This document shows positions 1 to 13,399 of a DNA stretch of 64,000 bases, piece by piece. The DNA is taken from NCBI GenBank assembly GCA_951406725.2, contig OX597826.1, forward strand, positions 46,562,001-46,626,000, written 5' to 3'. Position numbers and translations under genes: made by a program. Origin of the DNA: Octopus vulgaris. Lineage: Eukaryota. The notes beneath the pieces were generated by a model. The model made no database searches and was not told the DNA's origin. It was given only the letters and a program-made list of their open reading frames with translations. How positions within the stretch are numbered: position 1 is the first letter of the stretch; each line of letters begins with the position of its first letter.

Positions 1-100
1 GATCTTTCCCTTTACTGCAGACTATTTTTCTTATGTTCAGATCGCCATCCGTTGATGTTCAGTGCGAAATATTCGCAATTCTGCGTTTGTTTCCATGTAC
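1..100 (-). mobile_element. Possible start of a LINE APE endonuclease (frameshifted remnant)
   Basis: Minus strand reads METNAELRIF / ALNINGWRSEHKKNSLQ across a frameshift, resembling the APE N-terminal 'lriatlNinGl' motif; short and runs toward the window edge. Confidence 0.3.
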
Positions 101-176
101 TTCAGTTTGTCTTTTGTGAAATTTCTGTTTTAATTACGTTACACATACACATGCCCAAACCCACTCCTCTACACAT

Positions 177-409
177 AAGGCGGCGAGCTGACAGAAACGT
201 TAGCACGCCGGGCGAAATGCTTAGCTGTATTTCGTCTGCCGCTACGTTCTGAGTTCAAATTCCGCCGATGTCGACTTTGCCTTTCATCCTTTCGGAGTCG
301 ATTAAATAAGTACCAGTTACGCACTGGGGTCGATATAATCGACTTAATCCGTTTGTCTGTCCTTGTTTGTCCCCTCTGTGTTTAGCCCCTTGTGGGTAGT
401 AAAGAAATA
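177..409 (+). mobile_element. SINE family A, full length
   Basis: Head AAGGCGGCGAGCTG..., B-box-like GAGTTCAAATTCC, central GACTTTGCCTTTCATCCTTTCGG.GTCGAT.AA.TAAGTACCAG, tail ...GTAGTAAAGAAATA; more than 20 related copies in the window. Confidence 0.9.
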
Positions 410-421
410 CATATGGATGTT

Positions 422-422
<1 letters not shown>

Positions 423-453
<31 letters not shown>

Positions 454-830
454 TGTATGTATGTATGTATGTATGTATGTATGTATGTATGTATGTATGT
501 ATGTATGTATGTGTGTATGTATGTATGTCTTTATTCACTTTATTTCAAGATTTCTTGCAAATAGAGAAAGAATTGGTTTCTAACCTAGATCTAAGATTCC
601 TTCATTGGAATTTCAACATCAACAACAGGGTATTTATGTATGCATTTATACATGTATGTATGCATGTATGTATGTATGCATGTACGTATGTATGTATGTA
701 TGCATGTATGTATGTATGTATGTATGTATGTATGTATGTATGTATGTATGTATGTATGTATGTATGTATGTATGTATGTATGTATGCATGTATGTATGTA
801 TGTACGTACACATGTATGTATTGTATGTGC
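423..830. repeat. (ATGT)n microsatellite tracts
   Basis: Two long ATGT runs; source of the spurious MYVC/HTYI ORFs. Confidence 0.95.
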
Positions 831-845
831 AGATTTGTATGTTTT

Positions 846-1123
846 ACAGACACCTGTACCCTTTACGTAGTTCTCGGGGAGATTCAGCGTGACACAGAGT
901 GTGACAAGGCTGGCCCTTTTAAATATAGATACAACAGAAACAGGAAGAAAGAGTGAGAGAAATTTGTGGTGGGAGAGTACAGCAGGATTCGCCATCACCC
1001 CCTGCCGGAGCCTCATGGAGTTTTAGGTGTTTTCACTCAATAAACACTCACAAGCCCCGGTCTCGAAACCGCGATTCTACGACCGCGAGTCCGCTGCCCT
1101 AACTACTGGACCATTGCGCCTCC
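846..1123 (-). mobile_element. SINE family C (tRNA head), tail type 2, 3'-truncated
   Basis: Reverse complement starts GGAGGCGCAATGGTCCAGTAGTTAGGGCAGCGG; matches the copy at 48428-48815. Confidence 0.85.
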
Positions 1124-1213
1124 ACACACAAACACACACACGACGACGGTGAGCTAGCAGAATCGCTACCGCGCCGAAATTACTGGCCCTATACCAAAAT
1201 TTGAAACCATTAC

Positions 1214-1440
<227 letters not shown>

Positions 1441-1599
1441 TAGGAGTGGTTGTGTGATAAGTAGCTTGCTTAAGAACCACATGGTTCCGGGTTCAGTCCC
1501 ACTGCGTGGCACCTTGGACATGTGTCTTCTACTATAGCCTCAAGCCGACCAAAGCCTTGTGGGTGGAATTGGTAGACGGAAACTGAAAGAAGCCCGTCG

Positions 1600-1665
<66 letters not shown>

Positions 1666-1873
1666 TGTGTCTATGTTTGTCCCCCCCAACATCGCTTGAC
1701 AACCGATGCTGGCGTGTTTACGTCCCCGTAACCTAGCGGCTCGGCAAAAGAGGCCGATAGAATAAGTACTAAGTTTACAAAGAATAAGTCCTGGGGTCGA
1801 ATTGCTCGGCTAAAGGCGGTGCTCCAGCATGGCCACAGTCAAATGACTGAAACAAGTAAAAGAGTAAAAGAGT
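1441..1873 (+). mobile_element. SINE family B (tRNA head, internal (TA)/(GT)n, CR1-like tail)
   Basis: GGAGTGG.TGTGTG.TAAG head, GGTTCAGTCCC B box, 3' GGCGGTGCTCCAGCATGGCCACAGTC..TGACTGAAAC plus (AGTAAAAG)n; another full copy at 57880-58298. Confidence 0.88.
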
Positions 1874-2281
1874 ATTTATGTGCGCGTGTGAGTCTCCCCT
1901 CTCTCTCTCACTCTCTCTCTCCACACACACACGCACAAACACACACACACACACATTTGGGATGGTCTAGATAACAAACTCTGCTACGAGCAAGGTTTGC
2001 ATACAACGCATTACATTACGATTCAGTAGAAAGATTTATTTTTTCACGCATTAAATGCCACTGCAAAAATCTAGTGACATGCACCGGTTTTATAGGCTTC
2101 TCTTTACTCGAACAGACATCGCCGCCGCCATCAATACCATTGTTACCATTAACGTAATTATGCCCAAGATTACAAGAAAGAGAATCTCATTTCCATTTGC
2201 CACATTTCCCTGGCGTTATTTATTAACATTCCATTCTACGGTTTTTGTTCTTTGTTATGAAACCCAATGCAAATATTAGGC

Positions 2282-2773
2282 AATTATCTTTTCTTCTTCT
2301 TCTTCTTCTTCTTCTTCTTCTCCTTCTTCTTCTTCTTCTTCTTCTTTTTCTCCTTCTCCTCCTTCTTCTCCTTCTCCTTCTTCTTCTTCTTCTTCTTCTT
2401 CTTCTCCTTCTCCTTCTTCTTCTCCTTCTTCTTCTTTTTTCTTCTTCTTCTTCATCTTCTCCTTCTTCTTCTTCTTCTTCTTCTTCTTCTCTCGCTCCCC
2501 TCACATTCTCTCTTACTTGTTCCCCCCTCTCTCAATAGCCAACCAAACGGCATTCATTAGTACCGAATTATCTTTTCTTCTTCTTCTTCTTCTTCTTCTT
2601 TTTCTTCTTCTTCTTCTTCTTCTCCTCCTCCTTCTCCTTCTTCTTCTTCTTCTTCTCCTTCTCCTTCTCCTTCTCCTTCTTCTTCTTCTTCTTTTTCTCT
2701 CGCTCCCCTCACATTCTCTCTTACTTTTTTCCCCTCTCTCAATAGCCAACCAAACGGCATTCATTAGTACCGA
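2282..2773. repeat. Tandem duplication of a (CTT)n tract plus an ~80-bp unique block
   Basis: AATTATCTTTT-(CTT)n-CTCTCGCTCCCCTCACATTC...CATTAGTACCGA occurs twice (2282-2565, 2566-2773). Confidence 0.85.
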
Positions 2774-3558
2774 TAAGAACTAACATTCTCCCCCAGCACA
2801 ACCACAACCACCACAACCACAGCCCCAATCCCCCCCAACAACAACAACAACGACAATATTGATCATAAAAAAAACAATAAAGATACAAATAACAAGGCAT
2901 TTCACAGTTAAATACAAAGAAAAGTCAAGAACCAAAACAAAAAAAAAAAACACAAATAAAATAAGATATAGAAATGTCACAAAGAGAAAAAAAACAAAAA
3001 CAGCATGAAAAAACAAAAAACAGAAAATATGAAAATTAATCTTTCGTATAGCTTTTGTAGTGGTTGTTATTCTTGTTGCTGTTGTTACGGCATCTTTCAA
3101 GTGTTTGATGCGAATCTTTGATGTGATGATATTTTCGCACTCCTTACATAAAGACCAAATCAAACAATTGGTTTAGTGTTATGATGTTATCTGCGTTGGC
3201 ACTGAACTTCTTCTGTCTTCTTTTGCATTCTTCCATCCATCCATCCATCCATGCTGTAATCTGAACTAAGCTATCATATTTAAGTGAAAGATAATCACCA
3301 AAAGAGAAAGGAAAAGAAAAACAAAAACAAAAAAAGAAAACGAAAAAGCAAAAAAACAAAAAAAAAATCCAAAAGAAAACCCCAACAGCAGTAACAGCAA
3401 CAACAACAACAACAACAACAACAACAAGTAAAAAAACAATATAGGATTAATACAATCAAGTTTTTTTGAAGACGGGCTTCAATGTTCTGTGAAAACTCAC
3501 TGTTTGAAATTAATAAATAAATATTAATGAATAATAAATAGCAACGACGAAAACAACA

Positions 3559-3611
<53 letters not shown>

Positions 3612-3630
3612 TATAATAATAATAATAATG

Positions 3631-4358
<728 letters not shown>

Positions 4359-5476
4359 CTCCCGTTTCATTTTATTTTTTCATTTCTTTCTCTCTCCTTT
4401 TCCCAATTTTTGTCTTTTTTTTTATTAGTGCCGGGGTGCTGAGGGCAATTGAACACCCATCACTTATGAAATACTCCAGTGACCTGTGCAAGACGTATTT
4501 CCTGACACTTAAGCCCTACTCCTTCGCCAAACAAACTGGAGAAGAATGGGAAAAGGAGAGTATCTGACGCCTTCAAATAACCAGTGCTTCGAGCAGGGTG
4601 TCCTCGTTAGCTTTGGGTGGCAAGCAGCCTAGGAGAAGGACCACTCTGAGTTTAAAACCAGGGGAGCAAGGCCACTGCTATCATGGTGGACTAACTTGAT
4701 AGAGATGGTGTAAAAATGCTGGTTTGTAGTAACCTAAAAACACACCTCATTTGTGGGTGAAATTGCTAAGCAAAATAGATGTCGATAACGGTGAGAACGG
4801 TACTGGAACCAATGATGAGTGAAGGTGCCGCACCCGGCAGATGCCCCACTGTGCAGCAGGGTGGGCCCGGTCGAAATCCAGCTACTGCTAGCCATGCTAG
4901 AAGACATAAGTGGAGTAAACAAGTAAACATGATGGTCACGGAGTGTTACAATAGGAGCACCCCAGCGGATGCGAATGGCGTGCCTGTTAGAGGGTACAGA
5001 AAAACGAATGCACAGTGAATAGAAGGCAATGGTTCTGTTTGAAATTAATGAACAGAAATAATGTGACCAAAGCAAGAGCAATATGAAAGAATGGATGGTT
5101 AACAGAGTAGGGACTAGAATCTATTGAAAGAAGGATATTGGGTGATGCTGGGCAAGCGAGAAACGAAAGTGGTATAGTGGAAGAGATGGACAAATGTTCG
5201 CAAGAATATACTACTGTGAATTGTGAAAGGAATGAGACCAGTGACTACTCAAACAATGACGATCGATTAATAATAGACAGAATTTCGGATTTATTAAAGC
5301 GGGTTCTTTGGTGAATACGGTCCACTGTTTTAGTACTGATTTTAGAATGAAGATAATTCGCTACTTCCCCTCCCCAAGCTTTCAGTCATACTGTAACATC
5401 TCTTATCCTTCACTCACCCACAGGACACTGGGTATGTCTCGGTAAGTGACTGTAACAAACATGCAGATTAAAATTA

Positions 5477-5477
<1 letters not shown>
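4359..5477 (+). mobile_element. R4/Dong non-LTR element: 5' UTR and N-terminal ORF joined to a probable 3' end (internally deleted)
   Basis: RRHKWSKQVNMMVTECYNRSTP...GYRKRMH...EQK*CDQARAI*KNGWLT is the typical R4/Dong N-terminal domain; no RT follows; (AAT)n on both sides. Confidence 0.75.
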
Positions 5478-5538
<61 letters not shown>

Positions 5539-5875
5539 GTGGGGGAGCATCATAGCCATGTGTTGAGAGGGATTCTTTGGGGTTTGAATAATTCACTTCT
5601 GGAAACATGGGTGTTTTGTTCAACATCCTTAAACAACCTTTATTCAGGGACCATTTGAACAGGATGGGTTACTTGACCAGAAGAAAATTCTAACTGGGCC
5701 CCACCTGCAAGGTCATGTGCTGTTTATCTTGATATGAAATCACCAAGTCGCGCACATATGGTTGTGATGCATGTGCCTAGTGTACCCTTATCAGACGGGT
5801 AGTCATGATGGGTATACTGGGCTTCGTATATTTTACCCCAGTGTCACTTTGATGGCATGCACTGCTCTCTCACTC
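5539..5875 (+). mobile_element. Non-coding element in (AAT)n, probably the 3' UTR of an R4/Dong family
   Basis: Complex 337-bp block bounded by (AAT)n on both sides, lying between two Dong fragments; class assigned from context only. Confidence 0.5.
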
Positions 5876-5943
<68 letters not shown>

Positions 5944-6003
5944 TAACAACAACAACAATAATAATAATAACAATAATGACGATGACGACGACGATGATGA
6001 TGA

Positions 6004-6944
6004 AGAAGAAAGGCATGGACAATTGGCTCTTAGATGGGAGCAGAAACGTCTGCATGGCAAATATGTGGCCTTTTGCAGACAATGTGGTGTTAACCAGAAG
6101 CACACACATTAGTAGGGTTAAAGGCAGAGAGCGAAGGCTTCATCTTAATTGCTCAAGATCAAAGTTTCTTGACCCACAACTACGAAACCAATTAGATGAA
6201 AGATGGAGAAGATCCAAAGTACCGATCCTGCAGCGATGAGTCTGAAACAGTGAACTACTTAAAGTTTTAGCACCAGTAGAGTATAAATCAAGACATGACA
6301 GAGTTGACCAATATCTACACTGGTTAATATGACGGCATTATAAAATCAAATCAGTTGACAAGTGGTATAAGCACCACCCTGAGGCTGCAGCTGAAGGAGA
6401 AAATGTAACGATTCTTTGTGACTTTCCAGTACATACAGACAGAACCATGAAAGCTAATAAACCGCATATTGTTGAAAAAGAACAAAATAATAAAATCTGT
6501 TTATTGATCGACATGAGTATTTCTTGTGATCATAATACCTCGGCGAAAGAATATGACAAGCTCAGAAAATATAAAGATCTGCTCATTGAAATAAAAAAAA
6601 ATGTGGAATCTCATGGCAATTACAATGTCAGTGATTGTACTAGCGCTTTGAATGATCTAAAAAGGAACTGAAAATTATTTGAGAATGATGCCTGACTTAC
6701 CGTTCATGCGAGAAGTGCAAAAGACTGTTTAACTAGGATATCACACGTATTGAAAAGAGCATTGTCCGCTGTGAGAACGATTACTACCCATGCAAATATA
6801 TGTTTTGCTTTTACGTAGCTTCATTTTGTAAATGAATAATCCGGTGTGTTTTTTTCAACGTTGTATCAATGTTTACAGTGAGTATCTTTATCCTAGGTAT
6901 TAGAAAGACATTTGGCAAGAAATGGAAACAAAATTGAAAGAAGA
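6004..6944 (+). mobile_element. R4/Dong 3' fragment (zinc knuckle plus restriction-like endonuclease), decayed
   Basis: WEQKRLHGKY, EGFILIAQDQS, EYKSRHDRV..YLHW, DFPVHTDRTMKANKPHIV..CLLIDMSI..KEYDKLRKYKDL. Confidence 0.85.
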
Positions 6945-7113
6945 ATCCTTTCTACTATTAGCAATAGGCCTGAAATTTTGGAGGAGGGGATAGTCGACAA
7001 TCGACCCCAGTACTCAACTGGTACTTAATTTATCGACCCCGTAAGGATGAAAGGCAAAGTCGACCTAGGCGGAATTTGAACTCAGAACGTAAAGACGGAC
7101 GAAATATCGCTAA
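6945..7113 (-). mobile_element. SINE family A, partial
   Basis: Family A central domain in reverse orientation. Confidence 0.85.
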
Positions 7114-7129
7114 ACGAGCAAAAGGGCAA

Positions 7130-8630
7130 AAGCTCGCTCGATCTCGATTTTCAGTAGGACTAAGCATGTTTTCGAGGCTTACGCACCCCACCTTCCTATC
7201 CGCTAGCCCCACCCAATCCACATATGCATCCAAAATAGCGTTCCAATGGACCACTAACACTAAAGAATGAGACGTTCTTAGAAAGGCCTTCAGGCGTCTG
7301 AAGAACCCGGCTGCCCCGTTCCAGTCGGTGCGTACACTGCAACCAGTTTGAAATTACTGCCTTCGTTATCGTTCACGTCTAGGACCATCGACTTATCTTC
7401 CGGGTCCAGGAAAACTGACCGTATGTCTAAATCCAGGCCTTTTCTGAACCCCCCCCCCCCCATTCCCGGTCGACTAAGAGATCCGAAAATCTCAAAGTCA
7501 TCGAAAATGGGAGCCAAGGCCCGTGTGACTACGATTCTGGTCTCACTGACGGCTATTACATCCAGACTTAGCCACCTGAGATCGTTGTGCAAGCGTCTTT
7601 GCTTCCATGACGGCCCCAGGCCACGTACGTTTAAACAACTTACTTTAAGAACCGTCATACTGGCCAGGAAGTAAGGAAAGGAAAAATGGAGTGTCATTTA
7701 CCCTCCTGGTGCTGTTTGTGGTGGAGTGATTCTCCCTTCCTGTCTGTTTTGTTGGGTTCCTTTGGAAACCCACTTAAAAGCCATCTGCTGGCCGTTACAC
7801 TGCGAGATCGAATGCCATACGGGTAGCTCCGCTTAATGCTCGTATAAGTCTCTAATGTCATTCGCACCATCATTAGTCTCTCTGGTACGCTAAAAGTGCT
7901 GGGGCTGCAGATCACCCAACTCTTTTTCAAAATTCTCGCTTTATGCTATGTGAGCCATTAGCTTTTCATTGGCCCTCCTCAGTCGCACGAAATTCCTACT
8001 ACTGCATGGATGGTTGTTGTTGTTGTTGTAGTAGTGTCATTTTTCTTTTTAAAATTTGCTGTTTCTGATTCTGTTGTGCGTGTTCGTGATGGTATTGGTG
8101 ATTGTGGTGTTTGTAATGTTGTTGTTGTCATTAGTGTCTGTGTTTGCCGTTTCTTAGATTTCTCCCTTTTTTCTGCGTCTCATTCTATTTTTTTTTGTTT
8201 TTTTTTGCCTTTTGGGCTTCCCCTTCATCATCACTTGGATACGTGGAGGAATCCGTGTCTTGTATGTTTTCTTCTGGTGTTGTTTGTTCTGGTTCTCTTG
8301 TAGTAGTTGTTGTTGTTTCTCTTGCTAGTGCAGCTTCCGCTGCTGGTGCTACTCCCACTGCCATCTTCACTGTAACACCTGCTTGTTTTGTCTCCTTTGG
8401 TTCAATTTCTGGTTCTATTCCCCTGCCTTTCTGTTGTTGTTGTAGTTGATGTTTTTGTTGACTCGTGGGTTGTGGTGCTTTCGTTTGCACATTTTCTTTC
8501 TGCCCTTTTATTCTAGTTCTATGGGCAGAAAAACCGTTAGTGGTCCGTTGAACCACAATCATCACACCTCCGCCTCCTGTCCTCCACGTTCATTCATAGT
8601 TCTACTTCAACACCTGAAGAAGTTTTCCAG
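7130..8630 (-). mobile_element. Tx1/L1-clade LINE fragment: ORF1 C-terminal half (CCHC knuckle) plus APE N-terminus
   Basis: RCDDCGSTDH*RFFCP knuckle near 8520-8570; LKVSCLNVRGL..DVIAVSETR..LVAVYAP..VHWNAILD (7150-7660). Confidence 0.85.
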
Positions 8631-9062
8631 CTCCTGTCGGAGACCACCAGTCTAAAGGCTCCACATTCGCTACCATTCACATCTAGGACCACCAACCTGC
8701 TGCCCGGGTTCAAGAATATCGTCTTTATTTCGAGATCTAAGGATTTTCGGAATAGCACTGCTAGCTCGACGCCAGCTCCCAAAAGACCACATGATGAGAA
8801 TATCTTAAAGTCATCGAAAATGGGCGCTAATGCTTGCGCATTAGAAATCTCTGTCTCGCTAATTGCGGCCACTTCTAATTGGAGCGACCTGAGGTCGTTT
8901 AGCAAGTGACCTTGTATCCAAGCTGACCCCAGGCCACGAACATTCATACACCCTACGCTGAAAACGACCATGGTTATCGGAGAAACATAATGGAAGATGG
9001 TCACTTACCTTGGATTTTGAGAGGGTCGGCTGATTCAGCTGCCTCGTCTGATGCATTATCAT
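8631..9062 (-). mobile_element. Second Tx1/L1 APE N-terminal fragment (diverged paralog)
   Basis: FSVGCMNVRGL..LNDLRSLQLEVAAISET..LAPIFDDF..FRKSLDL..VVLDVN, homologous to 7290-7697. Confidence 0.85.
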
Positions 9063-9109
9063 TAATGAAGGGATTTCCTAAAGTCCTCTTATCCGGCTTT
9101 ACCCTAAAA

Positions 9110-10455
9110 GGCCCAATGTCCAGCATCTGAATACAGGCCCAAAACCAGCTGCCTTGAGGACCGCCGCCAGGTATAGAAGGTCGCCCCGATCGAAAGCTGT
9201 AGACTGATCTAAATTGACCAGGGCTCCAGCCGTGCCAGGTTCTTTAGCCACATTTTCAATGATGTATTGTATGAGGTGGAGGTTGTGATGGATGGGTTTT
9301 TTTGGGATAGCATATGTCTGTGCCTACCCTACCAGATCCCGGACGATAAGCGCCAACCTCGTAGCTAATACCTTGGCCAAAATTTTGAACTCAACAGATT
9401 TATGGGCCAAAAGTTGTCAAAACAATCCTCTTTGTTCGGGTCTTTTCTCAGCAACGCCACCGCTCCTCGGTTCACAAAACTAGGAATTCTCCCATTCAGT
9501 TGCCAGTTATAGTAAACGTTTGTTAAGAGGTCACCGAAGGCCTTTATGGCCAATATAATGAAATAAAGATGTCACCGAACAAGTCTGGTATACAAGTGTA
9601 AAGTTCGTAGGGCACACCATCCAAACCAGGCGGTTTACCCCTCGTGCAGCTAGCCATTGCTTTCCGTATTTTAAAGGCTGTTATCGGCCTTTCGCAGCGC
9701 TACGCCTCCGATGCCGAGAGCTGTGGCAACCCGTCGAAGTAGGACGTAAAATCCATCTTACGACCCAGTTCACCTCTGCTCTCGAACGGTTGAGTGAAGC
9801 GCCGCTGAAAGGCCTTACACATCTGTCCCAGATCAGTTACCATTTGCCCTTCGTGGTTCGGCAAGGATCGGATCGTGGATTTATTGCCTTGCCGTACTTC
9901 TGTCACTCGGACCTACAGAACGTCTTTCGTCACTTCGTGTCTAAGTGCTCGCGCTTGTCTTTCTGACAACGCAAGCTTCGTGTTTCGCGTTGAAGAATTG
10001 GTCGAATGCCAGTCTCGCAGCGAGCACATCAGTCGTGATGCCTTTTCTCAAAGCCTCGACTAACTTCTTGATTAGCTCTGTCTCTACTCTGTTTCGTTCT
10101 ACTGCAAGTCCTTTGCTAAACCTTATAGATTCTATTCTATTCACCCTTTTAAGGGTGAACTGCCATTTCTTGTTGATTATTACTCCCGTAACGCCCCCTT
10201 AACTAGTTCCCTAATCCGGTTTCTGAATCTTTACACACTGGCAACGATGTGTTCAGTTTCCAGTAACCGGGTCTCTGTCTATGAAACCTGTCTAAGTCGA
10301 CTGTACAGATCATGAATTAGTGGTCTGTATAGTCGTCTACTTTAACCTGTGGACAACCTATGCTATCATTATCTCCTATTCTACAAAATACCCTATCTAG
10401 ATATGATCTGGATGACCCGATGCGGTTTGACCAAATAGAGTTCTCACAAATTCCG
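9110..10455 (-). mobile_element. Tx1/L1 ORF2 fragment: APE C-terminus, linker and RT N-terminus, decayed
   Basis: WSNRIGSSRSYLDRV..TDH; GKPPGLDGVPYELY; GAVALLRKDPNK..NFWPINLL; VNLDQSTAFDR. Confidence 0.85.
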
Positions 10456-10464
10456 ATCAAGAAC

Positions 10465-11360
10465 AGCCAACGAGAGAGAAGAAACCCTATTCCGCGTGGA
10501 TTTACATGGTCAGTTCCACCGTGAAACTAACAAATTAAAAGACCAGGAAGCATCATAGATGTAGCTCAGCAAGAGTGACCTAAAAAAGAATACTGAAAGC
10601 CTAATCATCGCTGGCCCAAGATCAGACGTTGAATACCAACTCAGTGAAAAGGGATATATATCACACAAGTGCAGCGAACTTCTGTAGAATGTGAGGGAAG
10701 AGGGTCGAAACGTGACTCACATTGTTAGTGCTTGTGAAAGTCTTGCGCAGAAAGAGTACAAGTGTAGACACGACAAGGTAGTCCAAAACCTTCACTGGCT
10801 ACTATGCTGGAGGTATGAATATGAGGTAACGGGTGCTTGGTACCAACATACACCGGAAAAGGTAATGGATGAAAAATGGAAAGCAAAAATCCATTGGAAC
10901 TTTGACTTCCAGACAGACAAGGTGTTAGAGCACCGAAGGCCGGATATAGTAATCGCTAGGAAGGATAAATAAGAGTGCCTAATAATCGACGTGGCAGTGC
11001 CAGACGATCAACATATTATTATGAAAGAAAGAAAGAAAGAAAAGAGAATGATAAATATAGAGACCTCAAAATTGAGATCGTTAAGATGTGGGGCTACGAG
11101 AGTCAAACATAAAGGTTGTCGCTGTTGCCATCGGAGCAATGGGTTCAATACCACTCAACGGGAAAAAAACATTTGGAAACTTTAGAAATACCCTACAACT
11201 TAGGTGTATTGCAAAAATTGGCATTACAGGGAACAGCACGCAAATTGCGTAAAGTACTGTCTGAGGTCCTTGTTGTGACTTGACAGACAGTACAAACCCC
11301 CGGTACATACAGTATCTTCAATCAACAACATCACGATATTGTATACTGTGCAAAGTCTTA
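10465..11360 (+). mobile_element. R4/Dong 3' fragment ending in (AAT)n
   Basis: LHGQF, THIVSACESLAQKEYKCRHDKV..LHW, FQTDKVLEHRRPDIV..LIIDVAVPDD, AIGAMG; followed by (AAT)n at 11360-11520. Confidence 0.9.
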
Positions 11361-11433
<73 letters not shown>

Positions 11434-11436
11434 GTA

Positions 11437-11484
<48 letters not shown>

Positions 11485-11520
11485 GTAATAATAGTAATAA
11501 TAATAATAATAATAATAATA

Positions 11521-11734
11521 GTTTCAAATTTTGCCACAGGCGCAGACATTTTGCGGGAGGGGATAAGTCGATTACATCGACCCTAGTCTTTCACTGGTAC
11601 TGAATTTATCGACCCCGAAAGGATGAAAGGCAAAGACGACCTCGGCGGAATTTGAACTCAGAACGTAAAGACAGACGAAATGCCGCTAAGCATTTTGCCC
11701 GGCGTGCTAACGATTCTGCCAGAACGCCACCTTA
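11521..11734 (-). mobile_element. SINE family A, full length
   Basis: Reverse-orientation family A copy flanked by AAT/AAC repeats. Confidence 0.88.
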
Positions 11735-12450
11735 AAAAACAACAACAACAACAACAATAATAATAATAATAATAATAAAAACAACAATAGCAATAACTAC
11801 AGTAACAACAACGACAGCATTATTTTAAAAGAAGCATTAGGCGTTACAAATGACCCGTGTCACGCTATCAAAACAAGTTTATGTACCAGAACAAAATTAT
11901 TGTTGATTTCATGCTTTGAACTCGTCACTATTTTTCTTTTTTTCTTTTTTGGAAGACGAAAACATTGTTTTAGTATGTGACAGTAGGGGTTTATATCAAA
12001 GACTTTCTCTCAAGCAACATGGAGCTGGCTGTTGGTTGGCTGGCTGGGTGGGTGGTTGGTTTTTGTTTTTATCATTGGTTAAAGAAAGAAATGGTATTAA
12101 CATATATTCATTTCATTGTTCTCACAGTTATTCTAACAAAAGAGAACTGAGTAAGACGAGCGTCGTCTGTTCCACAATCAATCTGCCTTTTCTTTGTTCT
12201 CTTCTCATATGGGACATGTTTTATGGTTGTTGTTTTTGGGGGTTTTTTGCTCGACATTGCGTTATTCTTTGTAGTCTTGAGGAACTTTTACGGTTCCGTT
12301 TGAGGTATTTTCCAAATGTAAAATTCTAACAAGAAATGAGTTCAAACAATATTTTCCACATCGCTGCATTCATTTTTTTCTTCTATGCCGATATCGACGT
12401 GTGTGGCACTCGCGATAGTGGGTGATTTGAAAATACTAATATGCGTGGTG

Positions 12451-12532
<82 letters not shown>

Positions 12533-12974
12533 TATGTATGTATGTATGTATGTATGTATGTATGTATGTTGTCAAGATTCTCCAAAGAATAATAATTTTG
12601 TGCCTGAAAAAATGAAAAAGTACCATATTTTGGAAACTAGATTTCCTCAAAACAGGGTAATTTAAAATTGTCAAAAAATATGTTTTAAAGGCTATCTAAA
12701 CTTTGATATCTTTGTGTGCCAAGGAAGCATCGAAAATACGTTTTTATTCCCGATAAACAAAATTTCCACAAATCTCTCTATTAAGAAACTAAATTTCCCG
12801 CTGAACATTCTAAATTTTGCATTAAACATTCTAAATTTTCCACTAAACATTCTTAAAAATTGCCCTTTTCAAGACTTTCCTGGCATCGGTATCTTTATGT
12901 ACCGGTACGGCATCAAAATTGACCTGATTTTAGAAACTAAAATGTCACTTAAACCGTTCGCATTTATAATATTG

Positions 12975-13190
12975 ATTTCATATTTTGGCACAGGGCCAGA
13001 TTTTTCAGGGGGGTGGGGTAAACTGATTCCATCAACCCCAGTGTTCAACTGGTACTTATTTCATCGATTTCGAAAGGATGAAATGCAAAAAAAAAACAAC
13101 CTCGCCGCAATTTGAACTCAGAATGTGATGACGGACGAAATGCCGCTAAACATTTCGCCCAGTGTGCTAACGATCCTCCAGCTCACCTTT
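12975..13190 (-). mobile_element. SINE family A
   Basis: Diverged family A copy. Confidence 0.8.
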
Positions 13191-13399
13191 TTTTTTTCAT
13201 TTATAATATTGAAGCCTATGTATGGTTATTGTGTAATTTCGATTCAGTGGATATATTTTAAATTTAAGGAGCACTTTAAATGAAAAAAAAAATCCTGTAG
13301 TAATAGAATGGATATCTGTTATAAAATTTAAACTCCCTACGATTTTAAGTTTCACCTGGTGGCTTTTTATGGTTTCATAAACAGCCAATCAAAACTTCT

